64,000 nucleotides of DNA from the IMG/VR virus record IMGVR_UViG_3300029822_001076; one strand, 5' to 3'. The translations under genes and the position numbers were made by a program. Position 1 is the stretch's first letter, and every line of letters starts with the position of its first letter. Of this stretch, positions 29,843 through 39,581 are shown in pieces. The notes beneath the pieces are model-generated. The model had not been told where the DNA came from, made no database searches, and worked only from the letters and a program-made list of their open reading frames with translations. This DNA is from a virus.

Positions 29843-29884
29843 TTGCCCAAAACCGCATAACTTGTCCAAGGGGATAGTGAGAGG
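29843..29884 (+). promoter_or_regulatory. 42-bp motif copy 3, upstream of the primase/late operon
   Basis: TTGCCCAAAA CCGCATAAC TTGTCCAAGGGG ATA GTGAGAGG. Confidence 0.7.
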
Positions 29885-29939
29885 ATCATTATCCCTTTTG
29901 TTTTGCTCCTCTCGAGAATAATCGAAAGGAGTTTTTTAT

Positions 29940-30251
29940 ATGAACAAGCTCATTTATGTCTGCTCTCCCTATCGGGGAGATATCGAGACAAACGCTAAAA
30001 ATGCCAGGGAATACTGCCGGAGGATTGTAGCAGAAGGTAATATCCCCATCGCTCCACATCTTCTATTCCCTCAGTTCATGGATGACAACATTGATGCTGA
30101 GCGAGAACGAGCTATGGAGATGAACCTTGAAATCATGCGCCACTCTGATGAAGTCCGTGTTTTTGGCGGCCAGATCAGCATCGGTATGTGGCAAGAGATG
30201 AAAGCGGCGAAGGAACTGGGAGTTCCTGTGGTGCAGGAGGGAAATAAATGA
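29940..30251 (+). CDS. DUF4406-like / nucleoside 2-deoxyribosyltransferase-like small protein
   Basis: IYVCSPYRG...PIAPHL...VFGGQISIGMWQE. Confidence 0.7.
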   Translation: MNKLIYVCSPYRGDIETNAKNAREYCRRIVAEGNIPIAPHLLFPQFMDDNIDAERERAMEMNLEIMRHSDEVRVFGGQISIGMWQEMKAAKELGVPVVQEGNK

Positions 30252-32491
30252 AATTAACCATCTACACATCAGATGCTTGCGGCCAAGCAGCGAATGTCTA
30301 CTACCCCAACAAGGTAGACGTGACGGATGAAAGAAGTTTCAAGAAGGCTGTTTCTTTTGACCATGTGGCGGCAAGCTATAAGAACAACTATCGCAGCAAT
30401 GTCAACTTCATCGAAGCCGACCATATCAGCATGGACTGCGACAACGAGAAAAGCGATGATCCCGAAACTTGGATTTCTCCGGAGGATATTTTAAGTCTTT
30501 TTGACGGAGTGGGTCTTGCCATTGCCACCAGCAGAAATCACTTGAAGGAAAAAGGCAGCAAGTCGGCAAGGCCGAGGTTTCATGTTTACTTTCCCATTCT
30601 CGAAACAAAGAATGCCGACAGCTATTCGGAACTTAAAGAGGAGCTGGCGGATATTTTCCTTTTTTTCGATGCCGGAGCTTTAGGCAGTGCCCGGTTCATG
30701 TTTGGAAATCCCGATGCCGAGGTCGTCTGGCGTGACGGCAGTCAGCTTATCACAGATTTTATCAGAGATGATTTTGCCGAGTGGGACGCGGCACAAAGCG
30801 AGATCCCGGAAGGATCAAGGAACAAGACCATGTCGCATTATGCTGGGCGCATCATCGTAAGGCTCGGAGCGACAGAGGAAGCTTACGAGATGTTCCTTAA
30901 AAAGGCAGATCTGTGCAATCCTCCGCTTCCGGACTCTGAACTTCAAACCATCTGGCAAAGTGCGAAACGATTCGGAAAGAAAGTCTCTGCTCAGGAAGGC
31001 TATATTCCTCCGGAAGAATACGGCAAGGACTTCTCACTCATGCCGCCGGACTTCTCGGATATCGGTCAAGCAAAGGTGCTCACTCGAGAGAAAGGTGAAA
31101 TCCTTGTTTACACCGATGCAACAGACTACATGACCTATAACGGGACGCATTGGGAGGAATCCAAGCAAAAAGCGGTCGGTGTCTGCCAGGACTTTCTGGA
31201 CAAGCAGCTTGAAGAAGCAAAGGCCGCACTTAATAAAGCGACAAAACTTCTCACTGAGTCCGGAGTGCCGCAAGATCTGATTCAGGCAGGCGGCAGGACA
31301 CTTGAAAAAGGCATCCAGTCAGAACAAAAGAAAGCTTTTGATTTATATCGAGTTGCCCTCGCCTATAAGAACTTTGTCATGAAGCGCAGGGACATGAAAT
31401 ATGTCACTTCCGCACTGCAGGCCGCAAAACCCATGCTCCTTAAGATGATTCAGGATTTTGACAGCCAGGATTTTATGCTGAACACACCTGCCGCTGCCTA
31501 TGACCTGACAAAAGGCCTTCAAGGGGCAGTACCGCACAAGCCGGAAGATTACATGACAAAAATCACGCTGTTTTCTCCCGATACGGAAAACGAACAGCTC
31601 TGGCTTGATGCGGTGTCCGGTTTCTTTTGCGGTGATCAGGAACTCATCGAGTATGTTCAACAGATTGTCGGCCTTTCCGCTATTGGCAAGGTCTATATGG
31701 AAGCCTTGATCATTTCCTATGGAGAGGGTTCGAACGGCAAGTCGACCTTTTGGAACTCCATCGCCAAAGTGCTGGGAAACTACAGCGGCACAATCTCGGC
31801 GGATGCCTTAACGGTTGGCTGCCGAAGAAATGTGAAGCCTGAAATCGCAGAGCTGAAGGGAAAAAGGCTTGTCATAGCGGCCGAGCTGGAAGAAGGCATG
31901 CGGCTGAATACATCCGTCATCAAACAGCTTTGTTCTACTGACCTTGTCTCCGGCGAAAAGAAATACAAGGATCCCTTCAAATTTACTCCGACGCATACAC
32001 TTGTCCTTTATACCAATCATCTCCCCAAGGTGGGAGCCAATGACGACGGTACTTGGCGAAGACTCATCGTCATCCCTTTTCAAGCCAAGATCAAAGGCAA
32101 GGCGGATATTAAAAACTACTCGGACTATCTGGTGGAGCATGCGGGCGGGGCGATTCTTTCCTGGATCATTGAGGGAGCGAAAAAAGCCATTGATAAAAGC
32201 TTCAAAATCCCTGTTCCGAAATGTGTGGCCGATGCCATCCATCGTTACCGGGAGAACAATGACTGGCTTTCAAGTTTTCTGGAGGAATGTTGTGAGATAG
32301 AACCATCATACAAAGAGAAATCCGGGGAGTTTTATCAGGAATACCGGGCCTATTGCCTGAGAACCGGAGAATGGACGAGAAGCACGGCCGACTTTTATAC
32401 CGGACTTGAAATCGCCGGCTTTGAACGCAAGAAAACAAAGGGCGGCATGATGATTTTAGGACTTCGTTTGAAGTCAGATTTTATGGACTAA
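30248..32491 (+). CDS. Phage primase-helicase (PriCT plus P4/D5-type SF3 helicase)
   Basis: PRFHVYF, EGSRNKTM (PriCT), Walker A GEGSNGKST, WRRLIVIPF. Confidence 0.9.
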   Translation: MKLTIYTSDACGQAANVYYPNKVDVTDERSFKKAVSFDHVAASYKNNYRSNVNFIEADHISMDCDNEKSDDPETWISPEDILSLFDGVGLAIATSRNHLKEKGSKSARPRFHVYFPILETKNADSYSELKEELADIFLFFDAGALGSARFMFGNPDAEVVWRDGSQLITDFIRDDFAEWDAAQSEIPEGSRNKTMSHYAGRIIVRLGATEEAYEMFLKKADLCNPPLPDSELQTIWQSAKRFGKKVSAQEGYIPPEEYGKDFSLMPPDFSDIGQAKVLTREKGEILVYTDATDYMTYNGTHWEESKQKAVGVCQDFLDKQLEEAKAALNKATKLLTESGVPQDLIQAGGRTLEKGIQSEQKKAFDLYRVALAYKNFVMKRRDMKYVTSALQAAKPMLLKMIQDFDSQDFMLNTPAAAYDLTKGLQGAVPHKPEDYMTKITLFSPDTENEQLWLDAVSGFFCGDQELIEYVQQIVGLSAIGKVYMEALIISYGEGSNGKSTFWNSIAKVLGNYSGTISADALTVGCRRNVKPEIAELKGKRLVIAAELEEGMRLNTSVIKQLCSTDLVSGEKKYKDPFKFTPTHTLVLYTNHLPKVGANDDGTWRRLIVIPFQAKIKGKADIKNYSDYLVEHAGGAILSWIIEGAKKAIDKSFKIPVPKCVADAIHRYRENNDWLSSFLEECCEIEPSYKEKSGEFYQEYRAYCLRTGEWTRSTADFYTGLEIAGFERKKTKGGMMILGLRLKSDFMD

Positions 32492-32500
32492 AAGTCAAAA

Positions 32501-32605
32501 GGTGCAGGTCGGTGAAGGTCAATATATAAAACCCCTTTAGGGTGAAAATTTTAGGAAAAAAATTATATAGAGAAGTTTAATAGATGACTTGCACCGACCT
32601 GCACC
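32501..32605. repeat. Inverted iteron pairs around an AT-rich core, putative replication origin
   Basis: GGTGCAGGTC GGTGAAGGTC (32501-20) and GACTTGCACC GACCTGCACC (32586-605) match at 18/20 as inverted repeats. Confidence 0.6.
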
Positions 32606-32654
32606 ATCTCAGTGAAAAGCCTGATATTACAGCGTTTTAGATGGAGGAAACAAA

Positions 32655-32936
32655 ATGCTTGAAAAACAGATTGAACATAAATTATTGACGGAAACGAGAA
32701 AACGAGCCGGACTTTGCCTGAAATTCATCTCTCCCGGATGGAACGGTGTGCCGGATAGAATCGTTCTTCTCCCCGGAGGAAAAATAGGCTTTGTAGAAGT
32801 CAAGAAATCCGGTGAAAATCCTAGAACCTTACAGCTGCGAAGGCATAAGCAAATCAGGAAATTGGGCTTTCAGGTTTTCATTTTGGATGATCCGGGTGAT
32901 ATTGGAGGGCTGCTTGATGCAATACAAGGCTCATGA
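32655..32936 (+). CDS. VRR-NUC domain nuclease
   Basis: GVPDRIVLLPGGKIGFVEVK...LQLRRH. Confidence 0.88.
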   Translation: MLEKQIEHKLLTETRKRAGLCLKFISPGWNGVPDRIVLLPGGKIGFVEVKKSGENPRTLQLRRHKQIRKLGFQVFILDDPGDIGGLLDAIQGS

Positions 32937-34263
32937 TTATCAGGAATATGCCAAAGAGCAGATCATCAAAAAGAAAGCTTGCGGTCTTTTTTTAGAGCCG
33001 GGACTTGGGAAAACAGTCATCACACTTTCCGCCATTTGGGATCTCATGTTTGACTACTTTGATGTCTCGAAAGTTCTCGTCATCGCCCCGCTTCGTGTAG
33101 CGGAGAATACTTGGACAGAGGAATTGGAGAAATGGGACCATTTGACCTTTCTTCGCATCTCCAAGGTTCTGGGAAGCGAAAAGGAAAGAATCAAAGCGCT
33201 TAAAACTCCTGCCGACATCTATGTGATTAACCGGGAGAATGTTGCCTGGCTTTGTGAACTTGGCGAGTGGGACTTTGACATGATGGTGATTGACGAACTC
33301 TCGAGCTTCAAAAACCCGTCCAGTAAACGGTTCAAAGCCCTCAGAAAGAAGCGTCCCGGCATTGACCGGGTTGTAGGTCTTACAGGGACGCCTTCTACCA
33401 ACGGTTTGATGGATTTGTGGTCGGAGATTTATCTCTTGGATCAAGGGCAGAGACTTGGGAAAACAATCGGAAGCTACCGGGCGGATTTCTTTGTTCCCGA
33501 CCGCATGAACGGCTACATCGTTTATTCTTATAAACCCCGTCCCGGAGCGGAGGAATTTATCTATGGCCTTTTATCCGGTCTCTGCGTCTCCATGAAAAGT
33601 CAAGATTTTCTTGAGATGCCGGAAAGATTGGAGCGGGATGTCAAAGTCAGGCTTCCGGATGCTGCTAGAGAAATCTACAAGGAGATGGAACGAGAAATGG
33701 TGGCCAGCTTAGAAGACAAAACCATTGATGCCGTGAATGCCGCCGTCCTTACCAACAAACTCCTGCAAATGGCATCGGGTGCTGTCTATGACGAGACGGG
33801 CGCAGTCGCAGAACTTCATTCCGCAAAGCTTGATGCCTTGGAGGACTTGATTGAATCCGCCAACGGCAAACCTGTCCTTATCTATTACAACTACAAGCAT
33901 GAACGCATGCGGATAAAAAAGCGTTTTAAAGATGCTGTTGAAATCAAAACACCGGAGGATTTTCAGGCTTGGAACAAAGGCGAGATTCCCATTGCTATGG
34001 CACACCCCGCTTCTATGGGACACGGGCTGAACCTTCAGCATGGCGGTTCTACTGTGATTTGGATGTCTCTACCTTGGTCATTGGAACTTTACCAACAGGC
34101 AAATGCCAGGCTGTGGCGGCAAGGACAAAAAGATACGGTTGTGATTTTCAGGCTTATTGCAGAAGGAACAATCGACCGAGATGTGGCACGTGCCTTGGAA
34201 AAGAAGGATGTCACACAGGAGACCTTAATGCAGGCGGTAAAAGCGAGGGTTTGTCATGAATAG
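32917..34263 (+). CDS. SNF2-family helicase
   Basis: EPGLGKT, VIDELS, LTGTP, QANARLWRQGQ. Start at ATG 32917. Confidence 0.9.
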   Translation: MQYKAHDYQEYAKEQIIKKKACGLFLEPGLGKTVITLSAIWDLMFDYFDVSKVLVIAPLRVAENTWTEELEKWDHLTFLRISKVLGSEKERIKALKTPADIYVINRENVAWLCELGEWDFDMMVIDELSSFKNPSSKRFKALRKKRPGIDRVVGLTGTPSTNGLMDLWSEIYLLDQGQRLGKTIGSYRADFFVPDRMNGYIVYSYKPRPGAEEFIYGLLSGLCVSMKSQDFLEMPERLERDVKVRLPDAAREIYKEMEREMVASLEDKTIDAVNAAVLTNKLLQMASGAVYDETGAVAELHSAKLDALEDLIESANGKPVLIYYNYKHERMRIKKRFKDAVEIKTPEDFQAWNKGEIPIAMAHPASMGHGLNLQHGGSTVIWMSLPWSLELYQQANARLWRQGQKDTVVIFRLIAEGTIDRDVARALEKKDVTQETLMQAVKARVCHE

Positions 34264-34774
34264 CATCAAGAAAGTAAAAGAAATGATTAGAGACTACCCT
34301 GCGAATGCCGCAAGAATGAAAGAGCTTGAACAAGAGATGGAGCACTATATCCCGATTACGGCAAGTGAGGTCTTGGAGATGTTGACCTTCCCCGGCAAGA
34401 CGGGCGATGAAGTTCCGGTGCAAAAAGAACGGTCCAAGAACCGGGTGTTTTATATTGCTACCTCCTACCGAAGGCTTGCCTGGCTGATCAATCACAGGGC
34501 GGAAAAGGAAATGACGGAAGAATATCAAAAGACGGCCAAGGAAGTGGAATTTATCCGCTATGCCATCAGAGCACTCCCCAAGTATTACCGAGACCTCATG
34601 ACCTATGACGTTTTGGAGGGCAAACGCTGGAGCGAAATCTGTGAGCATTTTTCTTTAAGCGGTGTGGAGTTTTCGAGGAAGAAAGAAAGAGCCATCTGCC
34701 GTATGGCTAAGACACTTGAAAAGCAGTACCGATATTTCGGTTTCAGGGAGGAGGATATTTGTGATAGAGATTAA
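34256..34774 (+). CDS. Probable transcriptional activator (ArpU/DUF1492-like)
   Basis: C-terminal ALPKYYRDLM...EGKRWSEICEHF HTH-like pattern. Confidence 0.6.
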   Translation: MNSIKKVKEMIRDYPANAARMKELEQEMEHYIPITASEVLEMLTFPGKTGDEVPVQKERSKNRVFYIATSYRRLAWLINHRAEKEMTEEYQKTAKEVEFIRYAIRALPKYYRDLMTYDVLEGKRWSEICEHFSLSGVEFSRKKERAICRMAKTLEKQYRYFGFREEDICDRD

Positions 34775-35207
34775 GGACATTTTGAACAACTACGATACCT
34801 ATCTCAATGAGCTGCAGGCGGATTTATGTCTGCTTAGGGGCATGCTTCAGCAGGATATGGGCGAACCAGGTGCTTCATTAACTGAGCTTAGCTTCATGTT
34901 GAAGCATTTAAGGTGTTGTTCTGAGTTTACGAATGATGCTGTTATTGATATGCGACTTGAGCATGCTGAGCTTCGCTTGCGTCAATTGTCTCTTGCAGAG
35001 TGGGCAATTCATAGTCGACCGGAAAGACAAAGACTTATCTTGCAGGGTTTGTATGTTGAAGGTAAAAGCTGGCAGGAATTACAAGATGAACTCCATGTCA
35101 GCCAGACAACAATTTCAAGGGAGCGGAACAAAGCCCTGGCATTAATTCAGAATGAATTAGAGACCTGGCCTGAATTTAGGAAATCAATGTTAGAAAGTCG
35201 GAAGTAA
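34761..35207 (+). CDS. Second sigma-r4/HTH-like regulator
   Basis: GTG start after GGAGGAGG. C-terminal LILQGLYVEGKSWQELQDELHVSQTTISRERNKA. Confidence 0.55.
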   Translation: MIEIKDILNNYDTYLNELQADLCLLRGMLQQDMGEPGASLTELSFMLKHLRCCSEFTNDAVIDMRLEHAELRLRQLSLAEWAIHSRPERQRLILQGLYVEGKSWQELQDELHVSQTTISRERNKALALIQNELETWPEFRKSMLESRK

Positions 35208-35311
35208 ATGTGAGTGATTTGTAACTAAGGAGCCTGGTATCCTTAAACTAAGAAAAAATATAGAGACCTGTGGCGACCTGCTGCAGGTTTTTTTATTGCG
35301 GGAGGTGTTTT

Positions 35312-35665
35312 ATGCCAAGGAAACCGAAACGCCCCTGCTCTTACCCCGGCTGCCCGGAGCTTGTTGAAGGAAGATTTTGTAAGAAACATGAGCAGGAGGA
35401 AAACAGGCGCTACGAAAAATATCAGAGAGATCCGGAGACAAGAAGACGGTACGGCAGAGCTTGGAAGAGAATCCGCGATCGCTACATCAAAGCCCATCCT
35501 TTGTGCGAGGAGTGCAAACGAAATGGTAGACTTGTCCCTTCAGAAGAAGTCCATCATATCGTTCCTTTGTCAGAAGGCGGCACGAATAAACAGCATAATT
35601 TGATGGCTCTTTGCAAGTCTTGTCACTCTGGCGTTCACGCAAGACGTGGTGACAGATGGAGCTGA
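35312..35665 (+). CDS. HNH endonuclease (terminase-associated, HK97 gp74-like)
   Basis: PLCEEC...EVHHIVPLSEGGTN...LCKSCHSGVH. Start at ATG 35312 after GGAGG. Confidence 0.9.
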   Translation: MPRKPKRPCSYPGCPELVEGRFCKKHEQEENRRYEKYQRDPETRRRYGRAWKRIRDRYIKAHPLCEECKRNGRLVPSEEVHHIVPLSEGGTNKQHNLMALCKSCHSGVHARRGDRWS

Positions 35666-35760
35666 CCCCTAGGGGGATGTCAATCTCTGCAGAGGATTTG
35701 GCGTGCAACGGGCGGTGGGTCACGCGCGAAAAAAGTTCAATTCAAACGGGGGATTAAACC
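35666..35760. other. Possible cos/packaging site between HNH and small terminase
   Basis: Position typical of HK97-like cos phages, with GC-rich GGGCGGTGGGTCACGCGCG. Cut site not determined. Confidence 0.35.
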
Positions 35761-35793
35761 CCTTTTTTATTTTATACGGAAAGGAGGTGCCTT

Positions 35794-36369
35794 GTGGCAA
35801 GAGACGGAACCTACAGAGGCGGCCGACGTGTAAAGGCCGGCAGCAAGCCGGACCCTCTCGTTGATAAGATTGCCGCTGGAAAAGAAGCAAATATTTTAGA
35901 AACACACGATTTTGATCCGGATGCCCTTTTTGCTCCGGATGAGCCTAAAGGCATCTCGGATTTATATGGTGAAGACATGCCCGAGCCGTCGGACTACCTT
36001 TCCGCAAGGCAAAAGGACGGAAAACCTTTAGGTGCGGACGAGATCTATGAAGAAACCTGGCTCTGGTTAAAAGAAAGACGCTGCGAAAAGCTCGTGAACC
36101 CCAGGCTCATTGAATCTTACGCTCAGGCCTTCGCACGTTTCATTCAATGCGAGGAAGCAATCAGCACCTATGGCCTTTTAGGAAAACATCCGACCACCGG
36201 CGGCGCGATAGCAAGTCCCTTTGTTTCGATGAGCCAGAACTTTCAGAAACAGGCAAATCTCATCTGGTATGAGATTTTTGACATCGTGAAGCAAAACACA
36301 ACGACCGCATTTATCTCCACTCCTCAAGACGACATGATGGAGTGGCTCCTGCGAAAGAAAAAGGAATGA
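35794..36369 (+). CDS. Terminase small subunit (P27-like)
   Basis: MARDGTYRGGRR start, YAQAFARFIQCE, position before the packaging genes. Confidence 0.75.
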   Translation: MARDGTYRGGRRVKAGSKPDPLVDKIAAGKEANILETHDFDPDALFAPDEPKGISDLYGEDMPEPSDYLSARQKDGKPLGADEIYEETWLWLKERRCEKLVNPRLIESYAQAFARFIQCEEAISTYGLLGKHPTTGGAIASPFVSMSQNFQKQANLIWYEIFDIVKQNTTTAFISTPQDDMMEWLLRKKKE

Positions 36370-36439
36370 CCGACGAACTGACTTTCCGAGTAGTTAAGGC
36401 GGGTTCAAATACACATTATCGAAACGGAGGAAAATCAAG

Positions 36440-37564
36440 ATGAAACACTATAAAACAGCGGAGTCCGTGACCAAGGGGCACCCGGACAAGCTTTGTGATT
36501 GTATCGCCGACAGCATACTTGACAGCTACCTGCAAAAAGACCCAGAGTCCCGAGTCGCCGTGGAAGTCATGGCAACGAAGGGGCTTATTTTAGTTGCGGG
36601 AGAAGTAACGAGTACGGCAAAAGTACATATTCGAAAAGTTGTAAAAGACACGCTTCGCTCTGCCGGATATACACCTTCGGAATTTCGCATTAAGGTGCGG
36701 CTTCATAAGCAAAGCCCCGATATCGCCCGTGGCGTAAACCGTTCAGAAGACCTGCTCGGTGCAGGCGATCAGGGAATTGTCTACGGCTATGCGACGGATG
36801 AGACGCCCGACTTTCTTCCTTTGGTCCTGGTGCTGGCAAGAAGGCTCACATCAAGACTCGAAGAAGTACGAGAAAACAACATCGTTTCAGGGTTGAAGCC
36901 CGACGGAAAATGTCTTGTGATCGTGGAGTACGAAGAAGATGAAGCTTCAAGAATCCACTCGGTGGTGCTTTCTACCCAGCACGATGAATCCATCACGACA
37001 AACGATTTGCGAAAAGAAGTCCTAAAACATGTCATCCATCCGGTGCTTAAAAATATTCTTCCCTTTGACGAAGAAGATATCCTTATCAATCCGACGGGAC
37101 GTTTTGTTATAGGCGGGCCTACGGCGGATACAGGTCTTACTGGAAGAAAACTCGCTGTTGATACCTATGGTGGGCTTTCCAAGCACGGCGGTGGAGCTTT
37201 TTCCGGGAAAGACCCTACTAAGGTGGACAGATCTGGTGCCTACATGGCACGGCTCATTGCACGCAGTGTGGTATCTGCAGGATTGGCAAAAGAATGTGAA
37301 GTTTCCATAGCCTATGCCATCGGCAAGCCCGATCCTCTCTACTGGGACATCGACTGCTTCGGTACGGAGAAAAAGGATCTTGAAACCATCAAGGAACAAT
37401 GCGAGACGCTTTTCCCCTTGTCTGTCTTGCCTATGATTCAGTATCTCCGTCTCAGGCGTGGATCATATGCTCCCTTTGCTGTTAAAGGGCACTTCGGTGA
37501 CGGCAGGCTGCCTTGGGAAAATGACCTGGCAGGTCTTTTGCTTCATACGGGGGTGAGTCTATGA
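36440..37564 (+). CDS. metK: S-adenosylmethionine synthetase (phage-borne)
   Basis: ESVTKGHPDKLCD, GAGDQG, GRFVIGGP..DTGLTGRK, GGGAFSGKDPTKVDRSGAY. Confidence 0.93.
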   Translation: MKHYKTAESVTKGHPDKLCDCIADSILDSYLQKDPESRVAVEVMATKGLILVAGEVTSTAKVHIRKVVKDTLRSAGYTPSEFRIKVRLHKQSPDIARGVNRSEDLLGAGDQGIVYGYATDETPDFLPLVLVLARRLTSRLEEVRENNIVSGLKPDGKCLVIVEYEEDEASRIHSVVLSTQHDESITTNDLRKEVLKHVIHPVLKNILPFDEEDILINPTGRFVIGGPTADTGLTGRKLAVDTYGGLSKHGGGAFSGKDPTKVDRSGAYMARLIARSVVSAGLAKECEVSIAYAIGKPDPLYWDIDCFGTEKKDLETIKEQCETLFPLSVLPMIQYLRLRRGSYAPFAVKGHFGDGRLPWENDLAGLLLHTGVSL

Positions 37565-38805
37565 AAATGACAGAACATTTCGAGAAAGTCCCCATCGATA
37601 AACTCGTCCCATATGCGAGGAATGCCAGGACGCACAGCAAGGAGCAAATTCTGCAGCTTAGAAGTTCTATCCGCGAGTTCGGATTCATCAATCCCTGCTT
37701 GATTGACAAGGATTACAACATCTTGGCAGGACATGGCCGGGTTTTAGCCGCCAAAGAAGAAGGTTTGACGGAGCTTCCCTGTGTATTTGTGGAACATCTG
37801 ACCGAAGCGCAAAAGCGCGCCTATATTTTGGCCGACAACAGGCTTGCATTGAATGCCGGCTGGGATGAAGAAATGCTCTCAATAGAACTTTCCGAACTGG
37901 AAGGAGCGGACTTTGACCTGGATCTTTTAGGTTTTACAGACGCCGAGCTTCATAAGCTCTTAGGTGAAATCGAAACGGAAGAAGACGACTTCGACCTGAC
38001 TGCCGCTTTGGAGGAAGCAAGCTTTGTGAAGGCGGGCGATGTCTGGACGGTCGGAAAGCATCGGCTTATTTGCGGTGACGCAACAAAACGTGAAGATGTA
38101 CAAAAGCTCATGGACGGAAAAAAAGCGAACCTTATCCTGACCGATCCGCCCTATGCTGTGAGTTATGAGAGTGCATCCGGTCTATCCATTAAAAACGACA
38201 ATCTTAAAGCGGATGAATTCTATGACTTTCTCCTCAGCTCTTTTAAGAACATGATTGATGTTTCCGAAGCCGGAGCATCCGCTTATGTCTTTCATGCGGA
38301 CACGGAAGGCCTCACTTTTAGAAAAGCTTTTGAAGATGCCGGTTTTCATTTGTCTGGTGTCTGCATCTGGGCAAAAGACTCGCTGGTTCTCGGAAGGTCA
38401 CCTTACCAGTGGTCGCATGAGCCGATTCTCTTTGGCTGGAATAAAAAAGGAAAGCACAAGTGGTATGCGGGCCGTGCGGAAAAGACAGTCTGGCAGTTTG
38501 CCAAGCCTAAGAAAAACGAGAACCATCCGACCTCAAAGCCGATTGACCTTTTAAGCTATCCCATTCAAAACTCTAGCCAGGCAAACAGCATCGTTCTTGA
38601 TTTGTTCGGCGGCAGCGGTTCTACCCTCATTGCCTGCGAACAGACCGACCGTATCTGCTACATGGCGGAGATTGATGACAAGTATGCTTCTGTGATTTTA
38701 AGACGGTATGTGGAGTATAAAAACGGTGATGCAACAGGTGTTTTTGTGGAGCGGGACGGCAAGAAAATCCCCTACGAAAAACTTGTGAAGACCGTCAAAT
38801 CTTAA
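37561..38805 (+). CDS. ParB-N-fused DNA methyltransferase (beta-class N6/N4)
   Basis: ILAGHGRVLAA (ParB-like), LTDPPY, HPTSKP, LDLFGGSGST. Confidence 0.9.
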   Translation: MKMTEHFEKVPIDKLVPYARNARTHSKEQILQLRSSIREFGFINPCLIDKDYNILAGHGRVLAAKEEGLTELPCVFVEHLTEAQKRAYILADNRLALNAGWDEEMLSIELSELEGADFDLDLLGFTDAELHKLLGEIETEEDDFDLTAALEEASFVKAGDVWTVGKHRLICGDATKREDVQKLMDGKKANLILTDPPYAVSYESASGLSIKNDNLKADEFYDFLLSSFKNMIDVSEAGASAYVFHADTEGLTFRKAFEDAGFHLSGVCIWAKDSLVLGRSPYQWSHEPILFGWNKKGKHKWYAGRAEKTVWQFAKPKKNENHPTSKPIDLLSYPIQNSSQANSIVLDLFGGSGSTLIACEQTDRICYMAEIDDKYASVILRRYVEYKNGDATGVFVERDGKKIPYEKLVKTVKS

Positions 38806-38843
38806 CAAACAAGAAGCTGTAAATTTGTCGGATAAATCTTCCA

Positions 38844-38914
38844 AAAACCCTGCAAATAAAGGCTTTTAGGACTTGGCTTATCTTCCTTTTAGAGCGAACA
38901 TGTACCTACAAAAA
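38844..38914 (+). repeat. 71-bp direct repeat copy A (putative promoter cassette)
   Basis: 64/71 identical to 40015-40085. Followed by an RBS and a gene. Confidence 0.8.
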
Positions 38915-38930
38915 GAAGGAGGAAAAAACC

Positions 38931-39581
38931 ATGCAAACAAGATTTTCCCTCGAGGGATACAAAAGAAAAGACCTCGCCAAAGCACTGGCGGAGACACTCG
39001 AAACGGAAGTGAACTACCTTGGCATGCCGTCCATGAGCTACCGCATTGGAAACTCTTTTTTAGAAAAAGACGGCACGATGATTTGGGGCGTTAATTTCTT
39101 GAGAGATGATGTTGAGAGGATTGTCGCAGAACTTGAAGCACAGGGCTTTGAGACTGTAAAAGACGGTTTTACCATTTCCTTTCCGGCCGAGTTCTTTACA
39201 ACAGAAACCATGCAGAAGCTGGACCGGATCTTGGAATCCAAGGGGGCACTCATAAAGAAAGCCTTGAACGCCGACCGCACCACAGCAGAACGAAACATCG
39301 AGACGGTGGACTTTCCCTGGTTTGACCGCATCCTTGGAGCTGACGAAGCAAAAGTCTATACGGAGTTTGTCTCCAAGCTCTGCCAGATGGCGAGAGAACA
39401 GACGAGGGTTCTGGAACGGGAAACCGTGACGGACAACGAGAAGTACAGCTTCCGCTGTTTTCTCTTAAGGCTCGGCTACATCGGTGAGGAATACAAGGAC
39501 GCAAGAAGAATGCTGCTTCAAAACCTGAGCGGTTCTTCCGCTTACCGTCATTCTAAGGAGGAAAGCCGTGAGAACGATTAA
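38931..39581 (+). CDS. Conserved phage protein (often annotated virulence-related / amidoligase-associated)
   Basis: C-terminal NEKYSFRCFLLRLGYIGEEYKDARRMLLQNLSGSSAY. Confidence 0.7.
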   Translation: MQTRFSLEGYKRKDLAKALAETLETEVNYLGMPSMSYRIGNSFLEKDGTMIWGVNFLRDDVERIVAELEAQGFETVKDGFTISFPAEFFTTETMQKLDRILESKGALIKKALNADRTTAERNIETVDFPWFDRILGADEAKVYTEFVSKLCQMAREQTRVLERETVTDNEKYSFRCFLLRLGYIGEEYKDARRMLLQNLSGSSAYRHSKEESREND

